From: Pseudodesulfovibrio piezophilus C1TLV30
Lineage (GTDB): Bacteria > Desulfobacterota > Desulfovibrionia > Desulfovibrionales > Desulfovibrionaceae
Direction of reading: 5' to 3'
NCBI RefSeq assembly: GCF_000341895.1
Contig: NC_020409.1
Span: forward strand, 3,000,001 to 3,032,000
DNA: 32,000 nt
Shown here: positions 15,133 to 25,322 of the stretch, one piece after another
Position numbering within the stretch: position 1 is the stretch's first letter
Layout: each line of letters begins with the position of its first letter
The notes under the pieces: generated by a model
What the model was told of the DNA's origin: nothing
The model's input: the letters and a program-made list of their open reading frames with translations, nothing else
Databases searched by the model: none
Position numbers and translations under genes: made by a program

Positions 15133-17421
15133 CTAATGAACCCCCGCCTTGTTTAGATGAGGGACATATTTCCTGTCATCGCCCTGGATATGGTTGACGA
15201 GCCAGTCCTTGAGGAACTCCATGACATCGTTGGTCAGGGCAGCCTTGCCGTTTTTGAATTGGGCTTCAAGTTCGAGAACGGTATTGACGAGCTTCTTGTG
15301 CTTGGCGACATGAGCAATCATGCCGGGGTAATGATGTTCTTCGAAAAGAGCTTCTTCCGTGGCGAAGTGATGGACGGTATATTCCTTCAGCTCTTCGAAA
15401 ATTTGTCCGAGTTTCTGGCTTCCGCGTCCACTTTTCATCGCGGAGTTGAGGTCGTTGACCAGGCCGACGAGCTTTTTGTGCTGACTATCGATTTCACGGA
15501 TGCCGATGACGAAATCATCATTCCATTCCATGAGGTTTGATGATCTGCGAGGAGATGTTCCAGAGGTGCGCAACGCTCGGCCCGGGACTGGGGTTGCCGG
15601 TTCGACTCCCGCTTTGAGTAGGAAGGGAACATATTTTCTGTCCGTGCCCTGGATGTGGTTGACAAGCCAATCCTTGAGGAACTGCATGACGTCGTTGGTC
15701 AGGGCGGCCTTGCCTTCCTTGAACTGTTTTTCGAGTTGGAGCACGGTATCCACCAATTTCTTGTGTTCAGCTTCATGGGCAAGGGTGCCCGGATAATGGT
15801 GTTCCTCGAAAAAGGCTTCTTCCGTGGCAAAATGGTGGACGGTGTATTCCTTCAACTCTTCGAAAATTTGTCCCAGAATCTCCTTGCCCTTGCCAGCTTT
15901 CATGGCTTCATTGAGCTTGTTGACGAGATCAACAAGCTTGTGATGTTGAGTATCTATCTCTTTCAGGCCGAGGACGAAATCACTGTTCCACTCCATGAGA
16001 GAGCCGCTCTTGTGACGGCTGGTTCCTGGAAGGGGAGAACGTCCGGTGTTTCGAGCTCTGCTCCCTGATTTAGGCCGGTCACCTGTCGTTGTCTGCATGT
16101 CGGACCAATTGCGCTGCTCAATGGCTGATATATTGCCATCGCTCATATCCTGAATTATCTCGGCGAGAATCGTGGTGTAGGATGTGACATTATCAATCAT
16201 TCCATGGGATTCTTCCATCCCATTGACTATGAGCGAGGACGTTTCATTGACCTCATCCACGGAGCGGTTGATTTCTTCGCTGGTAGCGGATTGTTCCTCG
16301 GCAGCGGTGGCTATGGCATGGGCCTGGTCCGAACTCAATTCAACAATGCCGACGATGTCCTTGAGGGATGTTTCGGCTTCGGCTGCGAGGGAGCTTGCCT
16401 TTTCCACGGCCTCGGCAGCCTGGGTCATCTCAGTCATGGAGCTGTGAACGCCTCCTTGGATGGCCTGAACAGTGGAGCCGACTTCCTTGGTGGCGTCCAT
16501 GGTCTTCTCTGCCAGTTTTCTGACTTCGTCGGCAACCACCGCAAAGCCCCGTCCAGCCTCACCTGCACGAGCCGCCTCAATAGCCGCATTGAGCGCGAGA
16601 AGATTTGTTTGGTCCGCGATATCCGTAATGACACTCATGATCTTGCCAATATCATCAGCTTGCGTTCCCAGCCCATGGACGCTGTCTTTCATGCGTTGGG
16701 TCAATGCGCTGACAGACGCCACAGCCTCGGCAACCTGGTCGACCACAGCTGCTCCTGAAGTTGCCCGATCCTTGGCTTGGGTCGCTTGAGCCGCAGCTTC
16801 GGAAGCATTGCGTGCCACATCAAGAATGCTGGCATTCATCTGGTCCATGGCAAGCGCGCTTTCTCCGCTCCGGCTGAGTTGCGTGTTGGCTCCTTCGGTC
16901 ACTACGGCGACCTGTTCGGACAAGCCCTCTGTGGCTGCATCAAGAAGATCAGTTAATTCCCTGAGTTTGGTTGCGCCGGAGATCAAGCCCTGTTTCCATT
17001 TGGCCGTTTCCTTGCGGGCTGTTTCCAGTTCATCTCCGGCAGCGGTCAGTTCGTGTCGGGACATGGCGAGTTGATTATCCAGCTCTTCGCACTGGTCGGC
17101 CTTGAGTGTCGCTTCTCCGGCAATGATGTCGATGGCATTTTTAAGCTGGAGGAATTCCCCGGTGCAGTCGCCTTCGTAAGGTGCGCCGTAATTACCGTTG
17201 GCGATACGGGTAGCGTAGCGGATGGTACGCATCAGGGGAAATAGGGCGCTTCGAAAGATTACCAGGGAGATCACAAGAATCAGGATGGAGCCGAGACTCC
17301 CTGCCAGAATCACGGTCAGATTCGTGTTGGAAGCGGAGAAGATTCCTGTCAGGCTGACGATGATCGAAATGACACATATGAAGACAAGGCTGAAAGCCAG
17401 TTTGAGCCGTATGCTATGCAC
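15133..17421 (-). CDS. Methyl-accepting chemotaxis protein (DcrH-like) with two tandem C-terminal hemerythrin domains.
   Basis: Two closely spaced TM helices, a HAMP-like linker, and the MA signalling domain ([37 protein letters not shown]). Two copies follow of LMEWN.DF..G..EID.QH..LV...HF..EE..F....YP......H...V...W...HI...D. The start is uncertain: GTG 17421 with AGGA upstream, or ATG 17577, which would overlap the upstream gene by 62 nt. Confidence 0.85.
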   Translation of the reverse strand: MHSIRLKLAFSLVFICVISIIVSLTGIFSASNTNLTVILAGSLGSILILVISLVIFRSALFPLMRTIRYATRIANGNYGAPYEGDCTGEFLQLKNAIDIIAGEATLKADQCEELDNQLAMSRHELTAAGDELETARKETAKWKQGLISGATKLRELTDLLDAATEGLSEQVAVVTEGANTQLSRSGESALAMDQMNASILDVARNASEAAAQATQAKDRATSGAAVVDQVAEAVASVSALTQRMKDSVHGLGTQADDIGKIMSVITDIADQTNLLALNAAIEAARAGEAGRGFAVVADEVRKLAEKTMDATKEVGSTVQAIQGGVHSSMTEMTQAAEAVEKASSLAAEAETSLKDIVGIVELSSDQAHAIATAAEEQSATSEEINRSVDEVNETSSLIVNGMEESHGMIDNVTSYTTILAEIIQDMSDGNISAIEQRNWSDMQTTTGDRPKSGSRARNTGRSPLPGTSRHKSGSLMEWNSDFVLGLKEIDTQHHKLVDLVNKLNEAMKAGKGKEILGQIFEELKEYTVHHFATEEAFFEEHHYPGTLAHEAEHKKLVDTVLQLEKQFKEGKAALTNDVMQFLKDWLVNHIQGTDRKYVPFLLKAGVEPATPVPGRALRTSGTSPRRSSNLMEWNDDFVIGIREIDSQHKKLVGLVNDLNSAMKSGRGSQKLGQIFEELKEYTVHHFATEEALFEEHHYPGMIAHVAKHKKLVNTVLELEAQFKNGKAALTNDVMEFLKDWLVNHIQGDDRKYVPHLNKAGVH
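15136..15999 (-). repeat. Tandem intragenic duplication encoding the two hemerythrin domains (copies 15601-15999 and 15136-15534, period 465 nt).
   Basis: The two 133-aa units align without gaps. Long identical blocks include [20 protein letters not shown] and [12 protein letters not shown]. The DNA copies are clearly similar but diverged. Confidence 0.85.
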
Positions 17422-17515
17422 GATTGATCCTGTAATGCTTTTGCCGTTGAGATGGCATTGATTATCACTACGGGAAGAATACCGGGAGCGGCTTCGGAAT
17501 ACAATCCCTATTTGT

Positions 17516-19340
<1,825 letters not shown>

Positions 19341-19498
19341 AGTCACCGGAAGGGGTTGAAATGTCCTGTGAAAGCCGACAATGAAATTAACACGTCCTGC
19401 GCAGGCGTTCAACTCTCTTTATAGAGCGACTATTTACAGGGGATAAGACAAGGTGTATCCCTCCGGCACTGAATAAACACCTAAGTGAACATGAGGAT

Positions 19499-20572
19499 AT
19501 GATGCAAAAAGAATTTGATACCGCCGTGGCAGCCATCCAGCCGGTCGATCGTTCCTTGACAGACAAAGGGCAAGCTCATCTGGACAGTCTGACCAAACCC
19601 CAGGGGAGCCTTGGACGGCTGGAAGACCTGGCCTTGCAGTTATTCCTGATCCAGGAAGGACAGGCGCTTCAGGCCGACCCCATGCGCATTTACACTGTCG
19701 CCGGTGACCATGGTGTTAACGATGAAGGGGTGAGCCTTTTCCCGCAGGAAGTCACTCGGCAGATGATTCTCAATTTTCTCGGTGGTGGTGCCGGTATCAA
19801 CGTCTTGGCCAAGACCGCCGGAGCGCAACTCTATGTGGTGGACGCCGGTTCCTGTGGCGGTGGCTATGACGAGCATCCCAATCTGATTCAGGCGAAGATC
19901 GCCCCCGGTACGGCCAATCTAGCGCAAGGCCCGGCCATGACTCGTGACCAATGCCTTCAGGCCTTGATGCTGGGGATAGATCTTGCCGACCGAGCGTATG
20001 CGGACGGAGTAAAAATTCTCGGAACAGGCGATATGGGTATTTCCAATACGACCCCATCCACGGCGCTTTATTGCGCTTTTCTGGGATTGAAACCTCTGGA
20101 AGTCACGGGCCCCGGAACCGGTCTGGATAGTGACGCTGTGGGACGGAAGGCTGAAGTGGTCGCACGAGGGCTGAAAGTCAATCGCTCGGCCCTGGAATCA
20201 GGCGATGCTGTGGAAATCCTCGCTGCGTTGGGTGGGCTGGAGATCGCCACTCTGGCTGGCTTGATTCTCGGTGGAGCAAAAAACCGTCAGCTTGTCAGTG
20301 TCGATGGTTTTATCTCGACCGCCGCGTATGCGGCTGCCTGGAAAATATGTCCGGCAGTCAAGGACTATTGCATTATCAGTCATGCTTCTGCGGAACCCGG
20401 TCATGCCAAGGCCGTCAGTGCCATGGATCTTGATCCGTTGCTTCATCTCGGTTTCAGGCTGGGGGAAGGCACCGGAGCCGCCTGTGCTATGTATCTGGTG
20501 AGGAGTGCTGTGGATATGTACAATAATATGGCGACATTCGCCGATGCCGGAGTTGCCGAAGCTCACGATTAG
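19499..20572 (+). CDS. cobT: Nicotinate-nucleotide--dimethylbenzimidazole phosphoribosyltransferase.
   Basis: LDSLTKPQGSLGRLEDLA, GDMGIGNT-like GDMGISNTT, and C-terminal LGEGTGA are typical CobT motifs. GAGGA lies upstream of the ATG ATG at 19499/19502. Confidence 0.9.
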   Translation: MMQKEFDTAVAAIQPVDRSLTDKGQAHLDSLTKPQGSLGRLEDLALQLFLIQEGQALQADPMRIYTVAGDHGVNDEGVSLFPQEVTRQMILNFLGGGAGINVLAKTAGAQLYVVDAGSCGGGYDEHPNLIQAKIAPGTANLAQGPAMTRDQCLQALMLGIDLADRAYADGVKILGTGDMGISNTTPSTALYCAFLGLKPLEVTGPGTGLDSDAVGRKAEVVARGLKVNRSALESGDAVEILAALGGLEIATLAGLILGGAKNRQLVSVDGFISTAAYAAAWKICPAVKDYCIISHASAEPGHAKAVSAMDLDPLLHLGFRLGEGTGAACAMYLVRSAVDMYNNMATFADAGVAEAHD

Positions 20573-20595
20573 TCCGTCATAGGATGTTCTTGGGG

Positions 20596-20636
20596 AAAAA
20601 AATAAGCCGGACGAAAATCGTCCGGCTTATTTTTTT
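20596..20636. terminator. Bidirectional intrinsic terminator.
   Basis: An A-run, ATAAGCCGGACGA-aaa-TCGTCCGGCTTAT (13-bp stem), then a T-run. Confidence 0.7.
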
Positions 20637-20660
20637 GAAAGGCCGCGTCTCACGGCATCG

Positions 20661-20858
20661 TCATGCGTCACCGAGATCTCCTGTTAGCGCCTGGATGACA
20701 TCGCCCTTGGCGTTATAGGTTCCTGTTGATTCCACCTTCACGAGTTGGCGAGCCATCTCGGGGTTTTCCAAAACTTCTCGTTGCAGTCGAACCTTGCGGA
20801 TAGACTTCATCTGTTCCGCCAAAGTCGGTCCTTGCAGATCAAAACCACCAACTTCCAT
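20661..20858 (-). CDS. Small hypothetical protein (65 aa), probable flagellar/motility regulon member.
   Basis: GGAGG lies 8 nt upstream of ATG 20858, which is preferred to the longer ORF start at 20996. A sigma-28-type promoter lies about 48 nt upstream. It bears only a vague resemblance to YjfB-type small motility proteins. Confidence 0.6.
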   Translation of the reverse strand: MEVGGFDLQGPTLAEQMKSIRKVRLQREVLENPEMARQLVKVESTGTYNAKGDVIQALTGDLGDA

Positions 20859-20905
20859 GATACGTACCTCCTTCCATGGAGTGTCAATTGAATGTCTTAC
20901 TCCTC

Positions 20906-20932
20906 TTATCGGATGGTGCGTAAATATCTTTA
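20906..20932 (-). promoter_or_regulatory. Sigma-28 (FliA)-type promoter.
   Basis: The minus strand reads TAAAG-atatttacgcaccat-CCGATAA. This gives 16 nt between TAAA and CCGATAA, the same spacing as the enterobacterial consensus TAAAGTTT-N11-GCCGATAA. Confidence 0.65.
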
Positions 20933-21136
20933 GTAAAATATTGGAAGATCGAGTTCTGCTGTCGCCAACAACCCGGATTGATTTTATTTTTTTCATGAAT
21001 ATTTCTTTATATTCTTAACATTCGAAGTGTGAGTCGTGCGGGATAAAAAAAGATAAAGAATTGGCGAGGGAGAGGACTCGTCACCCGAATACGGCTCGCC
21101 CCGTCTTTTTCGGAAGGGCAGAGGCGAGCCGGAAAG

Positions 21137-22069
21137 TTATTTGGCTGTTGCTGCGTAGACTCTGTCGAGAATTTCTTTTCCACCGGCGTCGAGGACCTTT
21201 CCCGCCAGAACCATACCGATGTCCCAGGCATTTTCCAGCGAACCTTCGACCATTAGGCGAATGGGATTGGAGCCATCAATATCGGCGACAAAACCGGTGA
21301 GACGAATCAGGTCGCCTTCTATTACAGACCACGCGGCAATAGGAACCTGACACCCACCGTCAAGGCCAGTCAGAAAACCACGTTCGGCCATGACTTGCTG
21401 CTTGGTCGGTTCATGGTTCAGGAACTGGAGCATTTCGACGACTTCGGTGTTGCTGGTGTCATATTCTATTCCGAGAGCGCCTTGCGCAACGGCTGGCAAA
21501 AAATCCGGCGGTCCGAGAATTTCATGCTTGGGTGCGCTGAGTTCGAGTCGGTTCAATCCGGCCGTGGCAACGACGATTGCATCAAACTCCCCATCGATGA
21601 GTTTTCTGACACGGGTATCAAGGTTACCACGCAGGGATTCGATGCGGAGGTCCGGGCGCAGGGCCGCGAGTTGGGATTGACGACGCAGGCTGGATGTTCC
21701 GACCAACGCTCCCTCTGGTAAGCCTTTCAACCCATCATATTTGACCGAGAGGAGGGAGTCTGTTGCTGCTTCTCGTTCAGGCATGACCCCGACTTCAAGT
21801 CCATCGGGCAGCTTGGTGGGGACATCTTTCATGGAATGGACAGCGATGTGGGCGCGCCCATCCAGAAGGGCTTCCTCAATTTCTTTGACGAAAAGTCCTT
21901 TGCCGCCAACCTTGGCCAGCGGGACATCCAGAATCTTGTCGCCCTTCGTCTTGATCTTGAGCAGTTCCACGGTCAGGCCGGGATGTTCGGCTTCCAGACA
22001 GTCCTTGATATGATTGGCTTGCCAGAGGGCAAGAGCGCTGCCACGGGTGGCGATGACGAGTGTGTTCAT
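21137..22069 (-). CDS. hemC: Porphobilinogen deaminase (hydroxymethylbilane synthase).
   Basis: N-terminus [25 protein letters not shown], and the conserved Cys region GGCQVPIAA. Confidence 0.9.
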   Translation of the reverse strand: MNTLVIATRGSALALWQANHIKDCLEAEHPGLTVELLKIKTKGDKILDVPLAKVGGKGLFVKEIEEALLDGRAHIAVHSMKDVPTKLPDGLEVGVMPEREAATDSLLSVKYDGLKGLPEGALVGTSSLRRQSQLAALRPDLRIESLRGNLDTRVRKLIDGEFDAIVVATAGLNRLELSAPKHEILGPPDFLPAVAQGALGIEYDTSNTEVVEMLQFLNHEPTKQQVMAERGFLTGLDGGCQVPIAAWSVIEGDLIRLTGFVADIDGSNPIRLMVEGSLENAWDIGMVLAGKVLDAGGKEILDRVYAATAK

Positions 22070-22105
22070 TGAAAACCTTCGGGTGAGAGCTTCAGGGGAG
22101 CGTGT

Positions 22106-22351
22106 CTAGTGACAGCTGGAGCAGTTTCCGCCGGAACATCCGGCACATCCGCTGGGTGCGGCCGGTGCCGGGGCAGCTTCGGAAGCAGCCGTTTCCGGTG
22201 CTCCTCCGCCGACTCGTGAGCGCACTGCACTCATGAGTTTTCCTGTTTTACCGGACCCGCATTTCGGGCATGGGGGACATTCATCCCGGTCAAAGACGAG
22301 TTCTTCGAACTCGCCACCGCAGTCTTCGCAAGAGTATTCGAATATCGGCAT
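22106..22351 (-). CDS. FmdB-family zinc-ribbon protein with a Cys-rich tail.
   Basis: MPIFEYSCEDCGGEFE...CPKCGS (the CxxC...CxxC zinc-ribbon signature). C-terminal GCAGCSGGNCSSCH. It lies 36 nt upstream of hemC. Confidence 0.8.
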   Translation of the reverse strand: MPIFEYSCEDCGGEFEELVFDRDECPPCPKCGSGKTGKLMSAVRSRVGGGAPETAASEAAPAPAAPSGCAGCSGGNCSSCH

Positions 22352-22567
22352 AGACTTCTCCGATCATGTTGTGTGTGCAACCGACCCGTGTCGGCAGACG
22401 CTCTCAATAGCTCAAAAGAACAGGGCTGGCAACGGTGCACGCCCTTGTGTCAGAGAGGTAAGACATTGGGGAGAAATGTCCAGTGAGTCGAGAATGAATG
22501 ACTCGTTGCTTGCGGGCAACTTGCATTCAGTATAAGAATTTTGATTATGGTGAGGGAGCTTGTTTTT

Positions 22568-22583
22568 ATGAGATAGATCTCAT
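22568..22583. promoter_or_regulatory. 16-bp palindrome upstream of the first TPR paralogue.
   Basis: ATGAGAT-ag-ATCTCAT, about 45 nt upstream of ATG 22627. Confidence 0.25.
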
Positions 22584-22626
22584 CTTTGTACCAATGAATT
22601 TGCCTTGGGAGGTTCTTCGGAAATCC

Positions 22627-23595
22627 ATGGAAGATGCACGAATACATACCAGTGCGGACAGCCGCGTCGAGTCGAGTGAAGGGTGTTCCGGCCTGGATAA
22701 TCCGGATGAGCAGCTCCGGTGCGTCTTTTCCTCGACCACGGAGATTCGGATAGGAACCGGGACCACGGCCAAGAAGCAGATTTCGAAGCTGCTGTGGTAT
22801 GTGAACCAATGCGGACTGGATGAATACGGTATTCGCAAGATCAATCCGAACTTTGTTCCGGTGGGTGAAGAAGACCTTATCGATCAGGAAAAATTGCTTA
22901 CTGACTACACTCCCGAGGTCGAAATTCACAATGCACGGGTCATGCCTGCCATGAGGGCGTTGAAAAAGACCATTGCCAAAGGTGACAAGCATCGGGAGAA
23001 CGGTGAACCGCTGTCAGCCGAGATGGAATACACCCGTGCACTTGATGTGGATGAAACCAATGTCAGGGCCATTTTTGGTTTGGGATTGGTCTATCTTGAT
23101 CGCAAAGACAAGGATAAGTCGCGTGGAGTTTTCGAGCAATTGGTTTCGCTTCAAGGTGCTTTTCATGAAAATCACAAACACCTTTTTAACGAATTCGGCA
23201 TAGCCTTGCGCAAGAATGGCCTGTATGATGAGTCGGTGCAGTATTATACCCGCGCTGTGGAATTGACCAAGAATGATGAGAACCTGTACTATAATCTGGC
23301 ACGCGCTTTCTATGAAAAGGGAGACTGGGAGTATTGTTTCACCTTTGCCAGCAAGGCTCTGGATATCAATGCCTATCATGAGCATGCCATTGCCATGTGT
23401 CGATTCATGATGACTCTGGCAGGAAACGAAAACCTGCGGACCAAATATGATAAACCGCCGGTCCCGGCAGACCTCGTTGCACAGGCTTCCGCGCGACTCG
23501 GCATAGATGCGAGCGATGAGCATGCAATGGTCGAAATCGATCCAGACGGCTTCGGAACGGAGTTGGTTTCGGGCGATACCACATCCGAAAAGTAG
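22627..23595 (+). CDS. TPR-repeat protein, paralogue 1 of 3. Conserved N-terminal beta-rich domain plus TPRs.
   Basis: The start at 22627 (MEDAR) was chosen because the distance to the conserved RCVFS motif then matches paralogues 2 and 3. Shared blocks: HLFNEFGIALRK, DENLYYNLARA, KPPVP. Confidence 0.75.
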   Translation: MEDARIHTSADSRVESSEGCSGLDNPDEQLRCVFSSTTEIRIGTGTTAKKQISKLLWYVNQCGLDEYGIRKINPNFVPVGEEDLIDQEKLLTDYTPEVEIHNARVMPAMRALKKTIAKGDKHRENGEPLSAEMEYTRALDVDETNVRAIFGLGLVYLDRKDKDKSRGVFEQLVSLQGAFHENHKHLFNEFGIALRKNGLYDESVQYYTRAVELTKNDENLYYNLARAFYEKGDWEYCFTFASKALDINAYHEHAIAMCRFMMTLAGNENLRTKYDKPPVPADLVAQASARLGIDASDEHAMVEIDPDGFGTELVSGDTTSEK

Positions 23596-23604
23596 CCGGA
23601 GGCA

Positions 23605-24204
23605 TTGGTGGGGAAGAGACTTGAAATAACGATTTTCGGTATGTTTCAGAAGGTCGGCGCGCTCTATCTTTTTCGCAAGTCGATTCAGTCCGGTGTCAAT
23701 GCCTACGGGAAACGAAAATGGCATGATCTCGTTCGGGATATAGCTTTGGGATTACTTCCCGTCAAAAAGCTGAGGCAGGTGTCACAGGTGGTGGGGCAAC
23801 CGCTCAAGCCTGTGTATCAAGTGCAGGGTATTTCCATGCAAGGGCGCGAATTTGGACTGGAGTTTTTTCATGGCGGCCAATTTCTCCCCATGACCTTCAT
23901 GGAGGGAGGAGGCAGAGATATTCAGGTGGCGGGGTTGATGCGACAATGCTGTCGGGGTGATATGCTGGGTGTTTTCAGCGCACAGCGAGAGGGCGCGTTG
24001 AATTTTCGCTGGGACGATGTGGACGAGGTCAACCCTGAAGAGGTTGCTCTTGTCTATGATGATGTCTCTGAACTTCTGGGCAGGAAACGATCCTGCGAAA
24101 TAGCCTTGGATATGACATGGAAGGGGAGAAACGGCAAATGCAGGGGAATGGACAGCGCACAAAAGTTTTTGGGCCACAAACACGCCTTTCACATGACGAA
24201 GTAA
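23605..24204 (+). CDS. Uncertain hypothetical ORF in the spacer between TPR paralogues 1 and 2.
   Basis: The frame is open for 199 codons on the plus strand and 136 codons on the minus strand (23782-24192). There is no convincing RBS for either and no family is recognised. The plus strand is favoured only by ORF length and co-orientation. Confidence 0.3.
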   Translation: MVGKRLEITIFGMFQKVGALYLFRKSIQSGVNAYGKRKWHDLVRDIALGLLPVKKLRQVSQVVGQPLKPVYQVQGISMQGREFGLEFFHGGQFLPMTFMEGGGRDIQVAGLMRQCCRGDMLGVFSAQREGALNFRWDDVDEVNPEEVALVYDDVSELLGRKRSCEIALDMTWKGRNGKCRGMDSAQKFLGHKHAFHMTK

Positions 24205-24226
24205 ATCTTTTTTCAGGTGGTGTTTC

Positions 24227-25249
24227 GTGAGTGCTCATAAGCATGATTCCGGCTCCGAGCCAGGACTTGATGCTCTGATTTCCGAAAGCGGCTTCGAATT
24301 CTTGGCGGATGGCGGTTTGATTCGGTGTGCCTTTTCAACAGTGAAAGCGATCAGGGTGGGGGTCGGGAGTAGTAGTCGGAAGCATGTGAGTCAGATATAT
24401 TGGTATGTTGAACAGATTGATGACAATATGTTTGAGATGCGGCGTATTAATGACAAGAATGTTCCGGCTGGAGATGTGACTGTCATTTCCCTGAATCGCT
24501 TGCTTGATGAGTATACTCCGGAACTTGCCTATTATGAAGAAGTGGTGCTTCCGGCGCTGGAATCCCTCGAAGAAACAGTGGGGCAGGGTGATGCATTTCG
24601 CAAAGAAGGTCGGCTCTATTCTGCGGAACTTGAATACGGGAGAGTCCTTGAAATCGAGGAATCGAATGTCCGGGCTGTTTTTGGTCTGGGGTTGATCCAT
24701 GCCAGCCGTAACGAAGTACAACGAACCAGAGAAATATTGAAACAACTGGTCGATATTCAGGCTGCCTTTGATGGAAAAAATCAGCATCTTTTCAACGAGT
24801 TCGGGATAGCCCTGCGCAAAACTCGTCTCTTTGAGGAGGCCGTGGCATATTATAGTCGCGCATTGGATTTCGTGACAGATGACGAGAATTTGTATTACAA
24901 TCTTGCCCGAGCGCATTATGAAGCAGACAACTGGACAGAGTGTGTGGAGGCTTTGGCCTTATCATACCGGCTCAACCCCGAGTTGGTGGTGACACGAGAC
25001 CTGCTTACGGTCATAGTGAAGTTGGCAGAAAGTGAACGGTTATCCAAAGAATCCGGCAAGCCGCCAGTTCCCTCTGGAATAGGGAACAGAGCACGGCGGT
25101 TGTTGGAAGCGGAAGAGGGTCTTCCTTTGGATGAAAACCCGGTGCGCAGGGAAGAAGTCGAGGCTTCCTTTACGGGAGCCAGTGGCCGGGCTCGCTCGGG
25201 AGCTTTGACAAAGGCAGCACCGGACAATTCGGGTGATGAGGAAAATTGA
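24227..25249 (+). CDS. TPR-repeat protein, paralogue 2 of 3.
   Basis: GTG start with AGGTGG 6 nt upstream. It shares the same conserved blocks as paralogues 1 and 3. Confidence 0.75.
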   Translation: MSAHKHDSGSEPGLDALISESGFEFLADGGLIRCAFSTVKAIRVGVGSSSRKHVSQIYWYVEQIDDNMFEMRRINDKNVPAGDVTVISLNRLLDEYTPELAYYEEVVLPALESLEETVGQGDAFRKEGRLYSAELEYGRVLEIEESNVRAVFGLGLIHASRNEVQRTREILKQLVDIQAAFDGKNQHLFNEFGIALRKTRLFEEAVAYYSRALDFVTDDENLYYNLARAHYEADNWTECVEALALSYRLNPELVVTRDLLTVIVKLAESERLSKESGKPPVPSGIGNRARRLLEAEEGLPLDENPVRREEVEASFTGASGRARSGALTKAAPDNSGDEEN

Positions 25250-25254
25250 GGCAA

Positions 25255-25284
25255 GGCATGCGTGCTTCATGCGAGACGCATGCC
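25255..25284 (+). other. Perfect 9-bp-stem hairpin between TPR paralogues 2 and 3.
   Basis: GGCATGCGT-gcttcatgcgag-ACGCATGCC. No T-run follows, so it is not a canonical intrinsic terminator. Confidence 0.35.
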
Positions 25285-25322
25285 AATTCGTAGAGTAACG
25301 TGATCGAAGGAATAGACTTGAG

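Noticed and set aside
19413-19498. Cobalamin riboswitch upstream of cobT
   Set aside because: The intergenic region is only 86 nt, which is too short for a B12 riboswitch, and no B12-box-like sequence is visible.
21040-21136. Hairpin GGCTCGCC...GGCGAGCC downstream of hemC as an intrinsic terminator
   Set aside because: The loop is large (about 22 nt) and no T-run follows on the minus strand. It may be structured RNA but is not a convincing terminator.
23605-24204. PilZ-like domain in the 199-aa spacer ORF (KRKWHDLVR ... GISMQG)
   Set aside because: The spacing and residues do not fit the RxxxR ... D/NxSxxG signature well enough. The resemblance is probably coincidental.
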